Source: Ureaplasma parvum serovar 3 str. ATCC 27815 (GTDB lineage: Bacteria > Bacillota_I > Bacilli_A > Mycoplasmatales > Mycoplasmoidaceae). From it: DNA of 32,000 nt. Below the pieces are notes generated by a model. It saw nothing but the letters and a program-made list of their open reading frames with translations, was not told where the DNA came from and did not search any database. Positions 1-10,136 of this stretch are shown piece by piece; within the stretch, counting starts at the first letter, position 1; every line of letters starts with the position of its first letter. The stretch spans positions 510,001-542,000 of the forward strand of contig NC_010503.1 of the NCBI RefSeq assembly GCF_000019345.1, read 5' to 3'. A program made the translations under genes and the position numbers.

Positions 1-249
1 AATTGAATTAATACTAATCAAGTCTATAAATAATAACCGTTCATTATAAGTACGAAAACCATATAAATCTTTAATAATTAAATTTTTATTAGGCATTATG
101 CTAATATATTCATACAAATATAATTTGCAAAATTTATTAATTTCTAATTCATAATCTTTTGGGATACGTATTTGATAACCAATAAAATTATGTTCGCCAA
201 CAACAATATTTGCATTTGCATAAATAACTTTAAAAATTAAATAGTTCAT
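1..249 (-). CDS. ruvA: Holliday junction branch migration protein RuvA, N-terminal part (3' end runs off the left edge)
   Basis: Minus-strand ATG at 249-247 with SD GAGGTGG 5 nt upstream, open to the window edge. Translation MNYLIFKVIYANANIVVGEHNFIGYQIRIPKDYELEINKFCKLYLYEYISIMPNKNLIIKDLYGFRTYNERLLFIDLISINSI fits the RuvA domain I pattern (GY.I ... LY.Y ... LYGF...ER.LF.LIS). Confidence 0.7.
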   Translation of the reverse strand, partial: MNYLIFKVIYANANIVVGEHNFIGYQIRIPKDYELEINKFCKLYLYEYISIMPNKNLIIKDLYGFRTYNERLLFIDLISINSI

Positions 250-290
250 TTTAACCACCTCAATAAAGAATTAGTTAAAACTAATTATTC

Positions 291-1454
291 TTATCTTTTT
301 TTATCAACTTTAGCTTTTTTAATAAATTTATATAAATCAAAAATTAAAAAATAACCAAACCCAAACATCCCAATTAAACTACCTAAATAAATACTAAACA
401 TTCTTCAAATAAAAATAATATTATTTATATCTTGCGTTGATAATCAATTCATTGCGTAACGAATTTGATTTTGATCATTTGTTAAAAAAACACGTAACAT
501 AAATTGAATTGAACCCTCAGATCCAGGCAAAGGGACAAAATTAGTTGCTGTGACAGCAATATTTGTATAATTAAATAAATCAAAAAAGATGTTATGTGGT
601 TTTGGTTCTACTAAACGATATGAAATATACATTAGTGCATAAATACCAATGTTATAGACTACTCCAATAACAAAAGCCAATAATGAAACCCGCAGTGTTT
701 TAAAATAATACAAATAAAAAGCTTTAAAACTTATATTTTGATTATTTTTTTGAATTAATTCAATTTTTGTTAAATATTTAAGCTTAAAAAGTTTTTTGAC
801 TCAATTATAAATTAAAACTGAACGAAAATGCAATTTTTTAGAGAAGCCTAAAACAAAATAAATAGCTGTCATACATAAATCAGCAATTATACCAACAACA
901 GCCAAATAATAATAAAAGGGTAAACTTGTTTTATTATTAACTGCATAAGTTATTAATTCATAATTAATATAAATAAAAGATGGTACAGTTACTATAACTT
1001 GGCCCAATTCATAAAAAGTTGATGAAACAAGTAATAGTGCAGAAACTTTTTTTAGATTATGATAACCATTTTTATTTAAAAAATAAATTGAAAAAGGTTC
1101 ACTTCCAACAGAAAAAGGAGTTACAGCATTTAAAAAAATTAAACTAAAACTATAAAGGATTCATTTCCATCAAGCAATTTTGATTTGGTTTTTATAAGTA
1201 TCAATGACTGCAATAACTATAAACATAAAAGCCCTAAAGAAAATAAAGCTAATAAGAATTAACAATCATAAAATAGCTAATTTAATAGTTTTTAAACTAT
1301 GATTTATTTTTATAAATAAATTTTGAAAATCAATATCTAAAATAAAAAGAATTGAAATAATAATCATTAATAAACAAACTATTAAACCAATTATTAAAAA
1401 ACAAATATTCTTCTTCGTTCAAAAACTAGTTTTTTCATTAATATTATTATCCAT
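291..1454 (-). CDS. Polytopic membrane protein, flippase-like / lysylphosphatidylglycerol-synthase TM-domain (UPF0104-type) family, 387 aa
   Basis: I hand-translated the minus strand from ATG 1454-1452 to TAA 293-291. There is no TAA or TAG in frame, and 6 in-frame TGA codons are read as Trp. It joins track ORFs 444-713 and 801-1007. It has multiple hydrophobic segments and two Pro/Gly/Ser/Glu motifs (TPFSVGSEP, PLPGSEGS) typical of that family. The family call is from memory of the motif, not from a search. Confidence 0.6.
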
Positions 1455-1500
1455 TTTAAAAATCCTTATTCTAGTAATTTAATTATATAATTTTATTCCT

Positions 1501-1527
1501 AATAAAAAAGAAGGGCACCCCCTTCTA
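1501..1527 (-). terminator. Rho-independent terminator after the 1534-2550 gene
   Basis: A 7-bp GC-containing stem AGAAGGG (1509-1515) / CCCTTCT (1520-1526) with a 4-nt loop. On the minus strand it is followed by TTTTTATT, and it begins 7 nt after the TAA stop. Confidence 0.65.
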
Positions 1528-1533
1528 AAAATT

Positions 1534-2550
1534 TTACTTTTTTGATGATTTGTTTGCTGATTCAGTTTCTCATCATGTTTTTTTCGAAATTGGATCACTT
1601 TGAAATTCTTCTTCAATTAATACTGTTTTTAATAATAATTGTTGTTTTTTATCTAAACCATTATTAATGGGTAAAACATCATCAATTGCTTTTTCTATTT
1701 GTTCTTTTCCATTTTTTTTAACAATTAAATCATGGCCACGATGATGACGTTGCGCTTTATGTTTATTATGGTGATTATCTGGATCAATATGTTCATATTC
1801 TTCTTCTATAAAGTATTCATTATTAGGAAATACTGAACTTTGAGGTGCTAATAAACATTCATCATAAACTAGTTGTGCTAGTTCAGCTTCATCACGTTTA
1901 TTTCAAACACTTACATACTTTGATAACCAACTAAAATCATTTTGATCATCATTAATTAAACTTTCTTTTTCAGAAAATAAAGATTCTAAAAATAAATTTT
2001 CAGCATACACTTTTTGGTTTGAATAAATATTTTCAAAAACAGGTTCTTCAAATTCAAAAGAAACAGGAGTAAAAGGTGTATGTTCTTTTACTGAATTATC
2101 AACTTCATCAACTGGAGCTACAATATTCTCCTGTATAAATTCTTCATTGCTTTGATTTTCGTTCTTTATAGGCTCAGGTTCAACTTCTTCATGTAATGGT
2201 TCAATAGGTGTAGATTCATGTTCGTTAACAATATCATCTTCTTGGTTATTAACTGGAGCTGATGATAGATCATTGCAATCTTGTAAAATTTGTGGTTCAT
2301 CCATTACAGGTATTTGTTCTTGTTGGATGTTTGTTAAAGCTAAATTACGTAAACTTTTAATCGTTTTTGTGTAATCAACTCACATAAAAACGCCACAATT
2401 TTTGCATCTTACTTTAACTTTTTTAGTAACAATAGTTTCATCATATAATTGATAAATATCTTTGTTATTATCTAAAACATCAGTAATATTTATATTTTTA
2501 TCTTCAGTTAACTTTTGATTTAATTTATTTTTCTTACTAAATAATCCCAT
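1534..2550 (-). CDS. Hypothetical acidic protein with a His-rich patch, 338 aa
   Basis: ATG 2550-2548 with GGAG 8 nt upstream, TAA at 1536-1534. Extends track ORF 1903-2304 through in-frame TGA codons. The central region is rich in Glu/Asp/Pro/Asn, and the segment HIDPDNHHNKHKAQRHHRGHD has 8 His. I recognise no family. Confidence 0.65.
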
Positions 2551-2646
2551 AATTCAACTCCAAAATTAATTATTTTTATAATTTTAACTTCTTTAACTAA
2601 CTTAAATTATATATGAAAATAAACTTTTTTATTTCATTTATTAAAT

Positions 2647-4065
2647 CTAATAAGCACGTGCAAATAAAGTCAATTTGTTTGTTTTTTTATTTGTATAAAA
2701 ACACTGCCCGTTTTGAGTTTCATCAAAAATACAACGTGTTGAAGCATTAGTTAATAATTTAATTTGTTCATCATCTTCTTTTGTACCATCAAAGAATGCC
2801 TTAGCCATTTTATTTTGTGCAATAACTTGTTTTAATTCCTCGATATTATTTACAAAAACAATCGAATCCTCTAAATCTTTTTTTGCCTTTTCATAAATAT
2901 TTCTTTTAATATCTGCTAATAATTTTGGGATGATTAGTTTCAAATCAGTTAAATCAACATTAATTTTTTCATGAGTATCACGACGCACAATAACAACTTG
3001 TTGATTAACTAATTCTTTAGCACCAACTAATATACAAATAGGCGTTCCCTCAATTTCTTGTTGTGCTAATTTATAACCAATTCCTTTATCACTATGATCT
3101 TCAAACAAACGATAATTATTTAATTGTTCACAAATCTGTTGACTAATTTTTAATAATTGGGGATTTTTATTAGAAAAAATCGTTAAAATAGCAATTTGAT
3201 TAAAAGCAATATCAGGGGGCAAAATCAAACCCTGATCATCAGCATGAACCATAATTAATGCTCCAATAATTCGTGTTGATAATCCAGCAGACATTTGATG
3301 TACATAATGCATTTGATTATCTTGACCTTGAAACTTAATATCATAAGCTTTTGCAAAAAACTGCCCTAAATAATGACTTGTTGCAGATTGTAATGCTTGG
3401 CCATCTTGCATCATAGCTTCAATTGTATATGTTTTTTGAGCACCAGCAAAACGTTCTCATGGTGTTTTTAATCCTTTAATAACAGGTATACACAAATAAT
3501 TTTGAACAAAATCTGTATACACATCTAAAATTACTTTAGCAAAAGAATCGGCCTCATTTTCACTTGCAAAAATAGCATGTAATTCTTGTCAATGAAACTC
3601 AGCATTTCGAAGAAATGGACGTGTTGTTTTTTCAGCACGCATTACTGAACACCATTGATTATTTTTAATCGGTAAATCATTATAACTATTAACAATATTT
3701 TTAAAATAATTACAAAATAAAATTTCACTCGTAGGACGTATTGCATAAGAATTATCTAATTTTTTATCACCAATTTGATTAACCATAAATAATTCAGGAG
3801 CAAAACCTTCAATATGATCTTTTTCTTTTTGAAATTCACTTAAAGGAATTAAAGTTGGCATGGCAAGATTGCGTACTCCGTGTTTTTTAAATTCGACATC
3901 AATTTGGTTTTTAATTGCTTCTCAAATTGCTCAAGCATTTGGTTGAAAAACCATCATTCCTTTAATATCAGTGTACTGAATTAATTTTGCATTATTTACA
4001 ATACTTGTATATCAATCAGCAAAATTTTCTTTTCTTGTTGTAATCTTTTCTAATTTTTTACTCAT
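2647..4065 (-). CDS. proS: Prolyl-tRNA synthetase (archaeal/eukaryote-like type), 472 aa
   Basis: ATG 4065-4063, stop at 2647. Joins track ORFs 2647-3414 and 3589-3861 via TGA=Trp, and I hand-checked the junctions. Conserved strings: [73 protein letters not shown]. Confidence 0.93.
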
Positions 4066-4090
4066 TTTATCAATCCAACCTAAACTTTTA

Positions 4091-4558
4091 TTAAACAATT
4101 GTTTTGTGTTTATCTGTAAATTGCTTTAAACACATTTTTAAAGCACTTGCGCCAATACGGGCACAACGAATACGATTCATTTGTTTTTTTACATTATAAA
4201 AAGCAATTAATTCTTGCATAATATCTTTATTGTAATCTAGCCCTTCAATCATATTTAAATAATTATTAATTAATAATAACGCATTATTAAGATCTAGATT
4301 TTTTACAAGTTCACAAATAATATCAGTGGATGATATGGAAATTGCACAGCCTGTACCTAAAAAAACGACATCAATTATTTTTTGATGATTTAATTTAACA
4401 TAAACTGTAATGTCATCACCACATCCTTCTGTTGTATTATGATATGACAAATAATTTATTTCATCTTGTACAAAACAAACTTTATTTTTAGGGTGTTCAT
4501 AGTGTTGCATGATAATCTTACGTAATAAAAGATTGTCATTGATATTATAAGATGCCAT
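4091..4558 (-). CDS. sufU: SufU-type Fe-S cluster assembly scaffold / sulfur acceptor (NifU/IscU-like), 155 aa
   Basis: Intact ORF starting at ATG 4558-4556. It has three conserved Cys contexts (EGCGDDITV, GTGCAISISS, RIRCARIG) as in Bacillus SufU. It overlaps the upstream desulfurase gene by 14 nt. Confidence 0.85.
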   Translation of the reverse strand: MASYNINDNLLLRKIIMQHYEHPKNKVCFVQDEINYLSYHNTTEGCGDDITVYVKLNHQKIIDVVFLGTGCAISISSTDIICELVKNLDLNNALLLINNYLNMIEGLDYNKDIMQELIAFYNVKKQMNRIRCARIGASALKMCLKQFTDKHKTIV

Positions 4559-5753
4559 TTAATTCATCTCCTTTTTGATATTCTTTAATTGCCTTAATTA
4601 ATCTATCAACATCATTAAAATCATTATATATGTAAAAAGATGCACGAATAGCACATTCGGTTTGAATCACGTTATTAATAATTTTTGCACATGATAATCC
4701 ACTTCGCACAATAATATTTTTTGATCCTAAATAATTAGCAAAATCTTGGCAAAAAACACCATTATAACTAAAAGTTATAGTACTTGAAGTAGCATCTTGC
4801 ACATATGTTTTAATTTCAGGAATTAAAGCTAATTGGTCACGTGCATATTTAGTAATTTTTAATTCATGTTCATGAATTTTATTATAACCTATATCCATTA
4901 AAAATTTTAAAGCAGCATTAAAACCATAAAAACCAGCAACATGCGGAGTTCCACCCTCAAATTTCATGTAATTATCATAGAGCTGATAACTATTTAAATC
5001 AATGCTAAAATTCATTCCACCACCATATTTTAATGGTTGCATTTTTTTAATCAAGTCATTTTTAATATAAGCAACACCAATTCCTGTAGGTCCTAATAAT
5101 TTATGTGCTGAAAAGACCATAAAATCACTTTTGCATTTTTTCACATCAAACATACGGTGTTGAATACTTTGAGTTGCATCAACGCACACTAATACATCTG
5201 GTTTAATTTTTTTAATATTTTTAATAATAAGATTTTCATCTAAAACATTACCAATTAAATTACCACCAGAAGCAAACGAAACCACTTTTGTTTTAGGTGA
5301 AATTACTTTTAGAAAATCACTAAGTTGTGGAAATTGATTTTTTTGATTAGCAAAAATAATCTTGACACCTAAATCATCTCGAAGTTTGTATCATGGTAAT
5401 AAATTAGAAGCATGTTCAATATAAGTTAAAATAATTTCATCACCCTTTTTTAAATGAGGTCTTAAACCGTTTGCAATCAAATTTAGAGATTCTGTAGCAC
5501 CACTTGTAAAAATGATTTCATCAAAATTAGCATTGATGAATTTGGCAACATTTGCTCTTGTTTCATTCATAATTTCATGAGTGTGAAAAGTAAAATTTGA
5601 ATCAGTATTATGGGGGTTAGTAGAATATTTTGTATAATAATCAACAATTGCATCGATTACAACTTGAGGTTTTAATGAAGTTGCACTTGAATCTAAATAA
5701 ATAACATCTTTGTTATTTTTAAATCAAGGAAAAAATTGTTTGTAATCATTCAT
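4545..5753 (-). CDS. sufS: Cysteine desulfurase (class V aminotransferase, SufS/NifS-like), 402 aa
   Basis: ATG 5753-5751 (AAGGA upstream), TAA 4547-4545. The N-terminal half was recovered through two in-frame TGA codons. PLP-lysine context FSAHKLLGPTGIG and catalytic Cys context RSGLSCA are present. Confidence 0.9.
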
Positions 5754-5924
5754 AGCGTATCCTTGCTTATTTTTCAAAAATAAGACTAAATTTCTTGCGA
5801 TGGCTTGATAATTAAATTTGTTAAAAACAATAACAAAGTTTGCTTTTGTCAGCTCAACTTTAGAAAAAATCTAACATACTTCTATAGTATAATATTAAAA
5901 TTATATTGTTTAAAACGATAAAAT

Positions 5925-5930
5925 TATAAT
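5925..5930 (+). promoter_or_regulatory. Candidate -10 box (TATAAT) for the lipoprotein gene
   Basis: Perfect TATAAT 35 nt upstream of ATG 5965. A second TATAAT lies at 5888-5893. No convincing -35 box is present, which is usual for Mollicutes. This rests on sequence pattern only. Confidence 0.3.
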
Positions 5931-5964
5931 ATATTCTCATAGCAAAAATAATATGGAGTTTGAT

Positions 5965-8900
5965 ATGAAATTTAAAAAAATTCTTTTAACAAGCACATTA
6001 AGTGTTTTAGGGGTTATTTCAATTGCAAGTTTAGCTACAAATTGTTCACAAACGAAAACAAAAATTAACCAGTATAAAATAACTATAAATAAATTAGATA
6101 GTCTAAATTTAACAAGTAATTTAACTACAAAACAAGCTTTAAAAGATGTTTTATTCTCAAAAGAAGGACAAAATGAATTTTTATTATCAAATGTTAAAAA
6201 AGTGGTTTATGATTGAGCAAAAAACAATAATGATCCAAAATTAGCTCATGATGTTAGTGAATATAATACACAATTAGATGAACAATTAAAGAGAATTAAA
6301 GAAAATGTAAAAAAATCATACCCAAATGATTGACAATCTGTTTTACAAAGCGAACTATATGATACTGAAGGTGGTAGTGAAAAATCATGAAAAGAAGCTA
6401 AGTTAATTGATCAAGCATACAAATCAATTACTTCTTCAATTTTTGATGATAATGATAATTGAATTAGTGTATTAAATGATCAAAATCAACTAATTGATGC
6501 CTATTCAAATGATGCTACTAAGTTGTTAGAGAATGAAAGTACTTTTAAATCAACTAAAATTGGAGATAGAAACAAAATTGTTGCTAAGACAAATAATTTT
6601 TTACAAAAAGGATACGCTAATTTATTTAATTTCTTAATTGATGATTATATTAAATATAACCTGCCTTTATCATTTGCCAACATTGAATTTAAATATGATG
6701 ATTTAAAAAATCAAAACATTTATAATAAAGATTTTTTTACAAAAATACCAACTTCTGGCACATCACCTAATTTTCCTTGATTTGATCCTAAACCAACTGA
6801 TAATAAATCAACTAACACTACAACTAATTATCTAGAAGTAGCTAAATTATTAAAAGAAAATAAATACTTAGATTCAAAAGATGATACGAATAATATTGAC
6901 AAAAAATTCAACAACAATAATGATATTAATAAATATTTAAGCTTAAATGATTTTATTACTCAAGACAACACAAATTTAACATTAAGTGTCGGTTTATTAG
7001 CTAAATTTTTATCATTATTTGGAAATGAAAATTTTGGTATTTATCAATTAGATAATTTAGATGAAAATAATATTTTAAACAATTTTATTAGTAAGAATCA
7101 AAGTAATGCAAACACAAATAATGTTGATTTATTTTATCCTTTAGTTAAAAAAGATAAAACAGCTTTTTTAAATGATTTTAAGGATGTTAAAGCTATCCGT
7201 CAAATTAATGATTTAAAAAATGGATATACTCTATTACGTAATGAAAACAGTGTTGATTTATGAGGTATTAACAATTTTAAAAGACTTCAACAAGCAGCTA
7301 AAATAGGTTTGAACGCTCTATTAACAGAGTTAAAAAATGATTTTTTATACAATGGTGCACTATACTTAAATTCACGCAAATCAAATAGTGTTAAAAAACA
7401 AGGCTATGATATTAAAGCTAAAATTAAAGATTACTTTAATAACAATAAAGAGCGCTTATTAGCACTATATATTGCTACACATCAAAACGATAGTGATTTT
7501 TTGTTTAAATCAAACTTAAAAAATGATTCAAAAGTTTTTGCATTTGATCAAAGAACAATTAATATTATTAAAGAAAACAATGAAATTCATTTATTAAATT
7601 ACTATGATAATTTAATTGATAAGTTAAATGATAAATTAATTAAATTTAATAAAAAAACATTTATTATTCCTAGTGTTGATAGTTTATATGATAATGGAAT
7701 TAATACACCAATTTACTTAATTAAAGACCAAAATCAACAAATTAGTTTATTTCAAACTTTAAAAATAAAACTAGTGGGTAATAAAAATCTTATAGATGAA
7801 AATCAAAAATTATCTACAATGATTAATGATTATGTTGAAAACTTTGATATAAAAAAACACCTTGTTGCTAATAATAAAAACTCCCAATCAATTGTTTTTG
7901 ACGATTATGTTATAAATAAAGTATTTAGTAAAGGAATAAACAGTGTTTTTGCAAATATTATTAAACAAGAACAAATTAAAAAAAGTGTAGCAAAATTCTT
8001 TGAATTTAATGATTTTAATTTTAAAAATAATTTTCTTGAAAACCAAGAATTATTAGCAGCATTTAACCAAATTATTAAGAATACAAGTGTTTTGGAAACA
8101 ACACAAACTAATAATTTTAGTAATTTTGATAACTTAAAAAAAGTTTATGAACAAGCTTTGAAATTATGAAACGATAATTATACTAAAAATGGCCCTTTTA
8201 ATCAGTTATCAATCAATTATCAAAAATACCAAGCATTATTTGAAACACTCGCTATTATTAATTACTTGTTAGATTTTAAAGATGGTAAACCAACATATCA
8301 AAATTTAATTAATTACTTGTTAAAAAAAACTGCTAATCATCAACCATTATTTATTGGTTGAAAAGCTTTAAATGATGTAACTAAAATTCCTAATTTTGGA
8401 AAAGATTCTAAAGAAGATTTTAGTTTCAAGAAATACCAAATTAATTTATATAATGGACTTGACCTATACCAATTAAAAAAAGCTGATGTTTATGAAATTG
8501 ACCAAAATAGTCAAGAAGTTAAATTCAAAAAAACTTTTATAGATGCATTAACATACACTAACGATAAAAATTATTGAAACTCAACCGTTAATAAAGATGG
8601 TTCAGTTTATAATAATTTTATTGGCTTAATTGATCAAAATAATCAAAAAGATAAATTAGGTAAAGCTTTTGAAAAAATCGACTTGTTTGATAAATTAGTT
8701 TACGCTAATAACCCAAGTAAACAATTTAAAGGTGCACTATATGGTTATGGTAGTAGAGAATTATTAATTAAAACATTAGATGGTTTTGTGTCTTATCATG
8801 ACTACCAAACACTTGCACAATTACTTTATGATCTAAATTTTAATGCAGAAGCTAATGCTGAATTTAAAACTATTTTAGATAACCAAAAACAAATTATTCC

Positions 8901-9351
8901 TGGCAATCAAAAAGATAGTAAAATAAAAAATATTGATTTAGCAACTAATGAAATTAAAACAATTATGATTAAAGGAATTAATAAAATCCCCCAAACTGCC
9001 TTTCAAAGATTAGATTTAGATTTAGTTTATAACAAATTAGACAAAAATGCTACACCATTAGTTAATAAAGAAGATAATGCTAATTTAAAATATATTTTAT
9101 TAGTTTCACAATTTAATGCAAATGATGTGCAAAATTTAGTTATTAACAATCAATTAAATCAAAGTGCAACAGGATATTTAGGATTGTCAAAAAGCCAATT
9201 TTATAACTTATTATTTGATTTAGCATTAAATGATCAAACTTTAAAAATTGAAGCTTTTAGTCAAATTGAAAACGAACATAAAATTAAAGTTTACGATAAA
9301 CGTTTAGCTAATAATAGTAATTTAAAAGGTTGAATCATAAATAATCTATAA
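5965..9351 (+). CDS. Large surface lipoprotein, 1128 aa, function unknown
   Basis: ATG 5965 is preceded by GGAG (5955-5958). The signal peptide MKFKKILLTSTLSVLGVISIASLATNC ends in a lipobox Cys. Track ORFs 5953-6216, 6523-6780, 7309-8169 and 8683-9333 are all in one frame and are linked only by TGA codons, and I hand-translated the gaps. The TAA stop at 9349-9351 overlaps the rpe ATG. Confidence 0.85.
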
Positions 9352-10010
9352 TGAATAAGCAACTAGTTCCATCCCTTTTAGCATTTGATAAAAAATATCC
9401 TTATGAACAATTAAAGATCTTTAAAAAGCATCATCTTCAAACAATACATTATGATGTTATGGATCTAACATATGTTAATAACACTGCTTTTGAAACTGAA
9501 CATTTAGAATGGCTACTAAAAAATGATTTTTTAGTACACATTCATCTAATGGTTATTAACCCTTTAGAAAAAATTAAACAATATTTTATATATAAACCAA
9601 CTCGCATATCTTTTCATTTTGAAATGAATGATTATCAAACTAATTTATTAATCATTAATGAAATTAAAAAACATCATGTTTTAGCAGGGATTGCAATTCA
9701 TCCTTGTTTATCACTAAACGATTATGCTTCTTATTTAAAAGAAGTTGATTATATTACTTTTATGTCGGTTATTCCAGGTAAGGGTGGACAAATTTTTTTA
9801 GAAGAAAGTTTATTAAAACTAAAAAAATTATATGAATATAAAATTAAAAATAATTTCAAATTTAAGATTGAAATTGATGGTGGTATTACTTTAGAAGTTA
9901 TTAAAAAAATCAATATTCCAATTGATTTTTTTGTAAGCGGTTCTTATTTAGTGAAAAATATTGAAAAACTAGAGCAAACTGTTAACGAATTTAATCAACT
10001 TGTTAATTAA
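9351..10010 (+). CDS. rpe: Ribulose-phosphate 3-epimerase, 219 aa (divergent)
   Basis: Intact ORF. Epimerase signature positions are present: PSLLAFD, IHYDVMD, HIHLMV, ISFHFE, GIAIHP, FMSVIPGKGGQ, IEIDGGI. The usual DG.FVPN segment is replaced by DLTYVNN. Confidence 0.82.
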   Translation: MNKQLVPSLLAFDKKYPYEQLKIFKKHHLQTIHYDVMDLTYVNNTAFETEHLEWLLKNDFLVHIHLMVINPLEKIKQYFIYKPTRISFHFEMNDYQTNLLIINEIKKHHVLAGIAIHPCLSLNDYASYLKEVDYITFMSVIPGKGGQIFLEESLLKLKKLYEYKIKNNFKFKIEIDGGITLEVIKKINIPIDFFVSGSYLVKNIEKLEQTVNEFNQLVN

Positions 10011-10087
10011 TATTAATTCTTAATTAATTTTAGTAACTATTTTATTTAAAAACCATTTCTTATAGTAATTGAAATGTACTAATTAAT

Positions 10088-10115
10088 AAAAAAACACCAC
10101 TGCAGGTGTTTTTTA
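10088..10115. terminator. Bidirectional rho-independent terminator between convergent rpe and pheT
   Basis: AAAAAACACC (10089-10098) pairs with GGTGTTTTTT (10105-10114), loop ACTGCA. The A-run and T-run flanks allow it to function on both strands. Confidence 0.6.
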
Positions 10116-10136
10116 TTATTTAAAGAATTTACAAAA

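Noticed and set aside
2575-2640. A weak A/T hairpin (GAAAATAA/TTATTTC) after the proS stop, considered as a terminator.
   Set aside because: The stem is imperfect and all-A/T with a bulge, so it is too weak to call.
5953-5964. Upstream ATG 5953 (MEFD...) as the lipoprotein start.
   Set aside because: GGAG at 5955-5958 is positioned as the SD for ATG 5965, and MKFKK... is a canonical lipoprotein signal start. ATG 5953 remains possible but is less likely.
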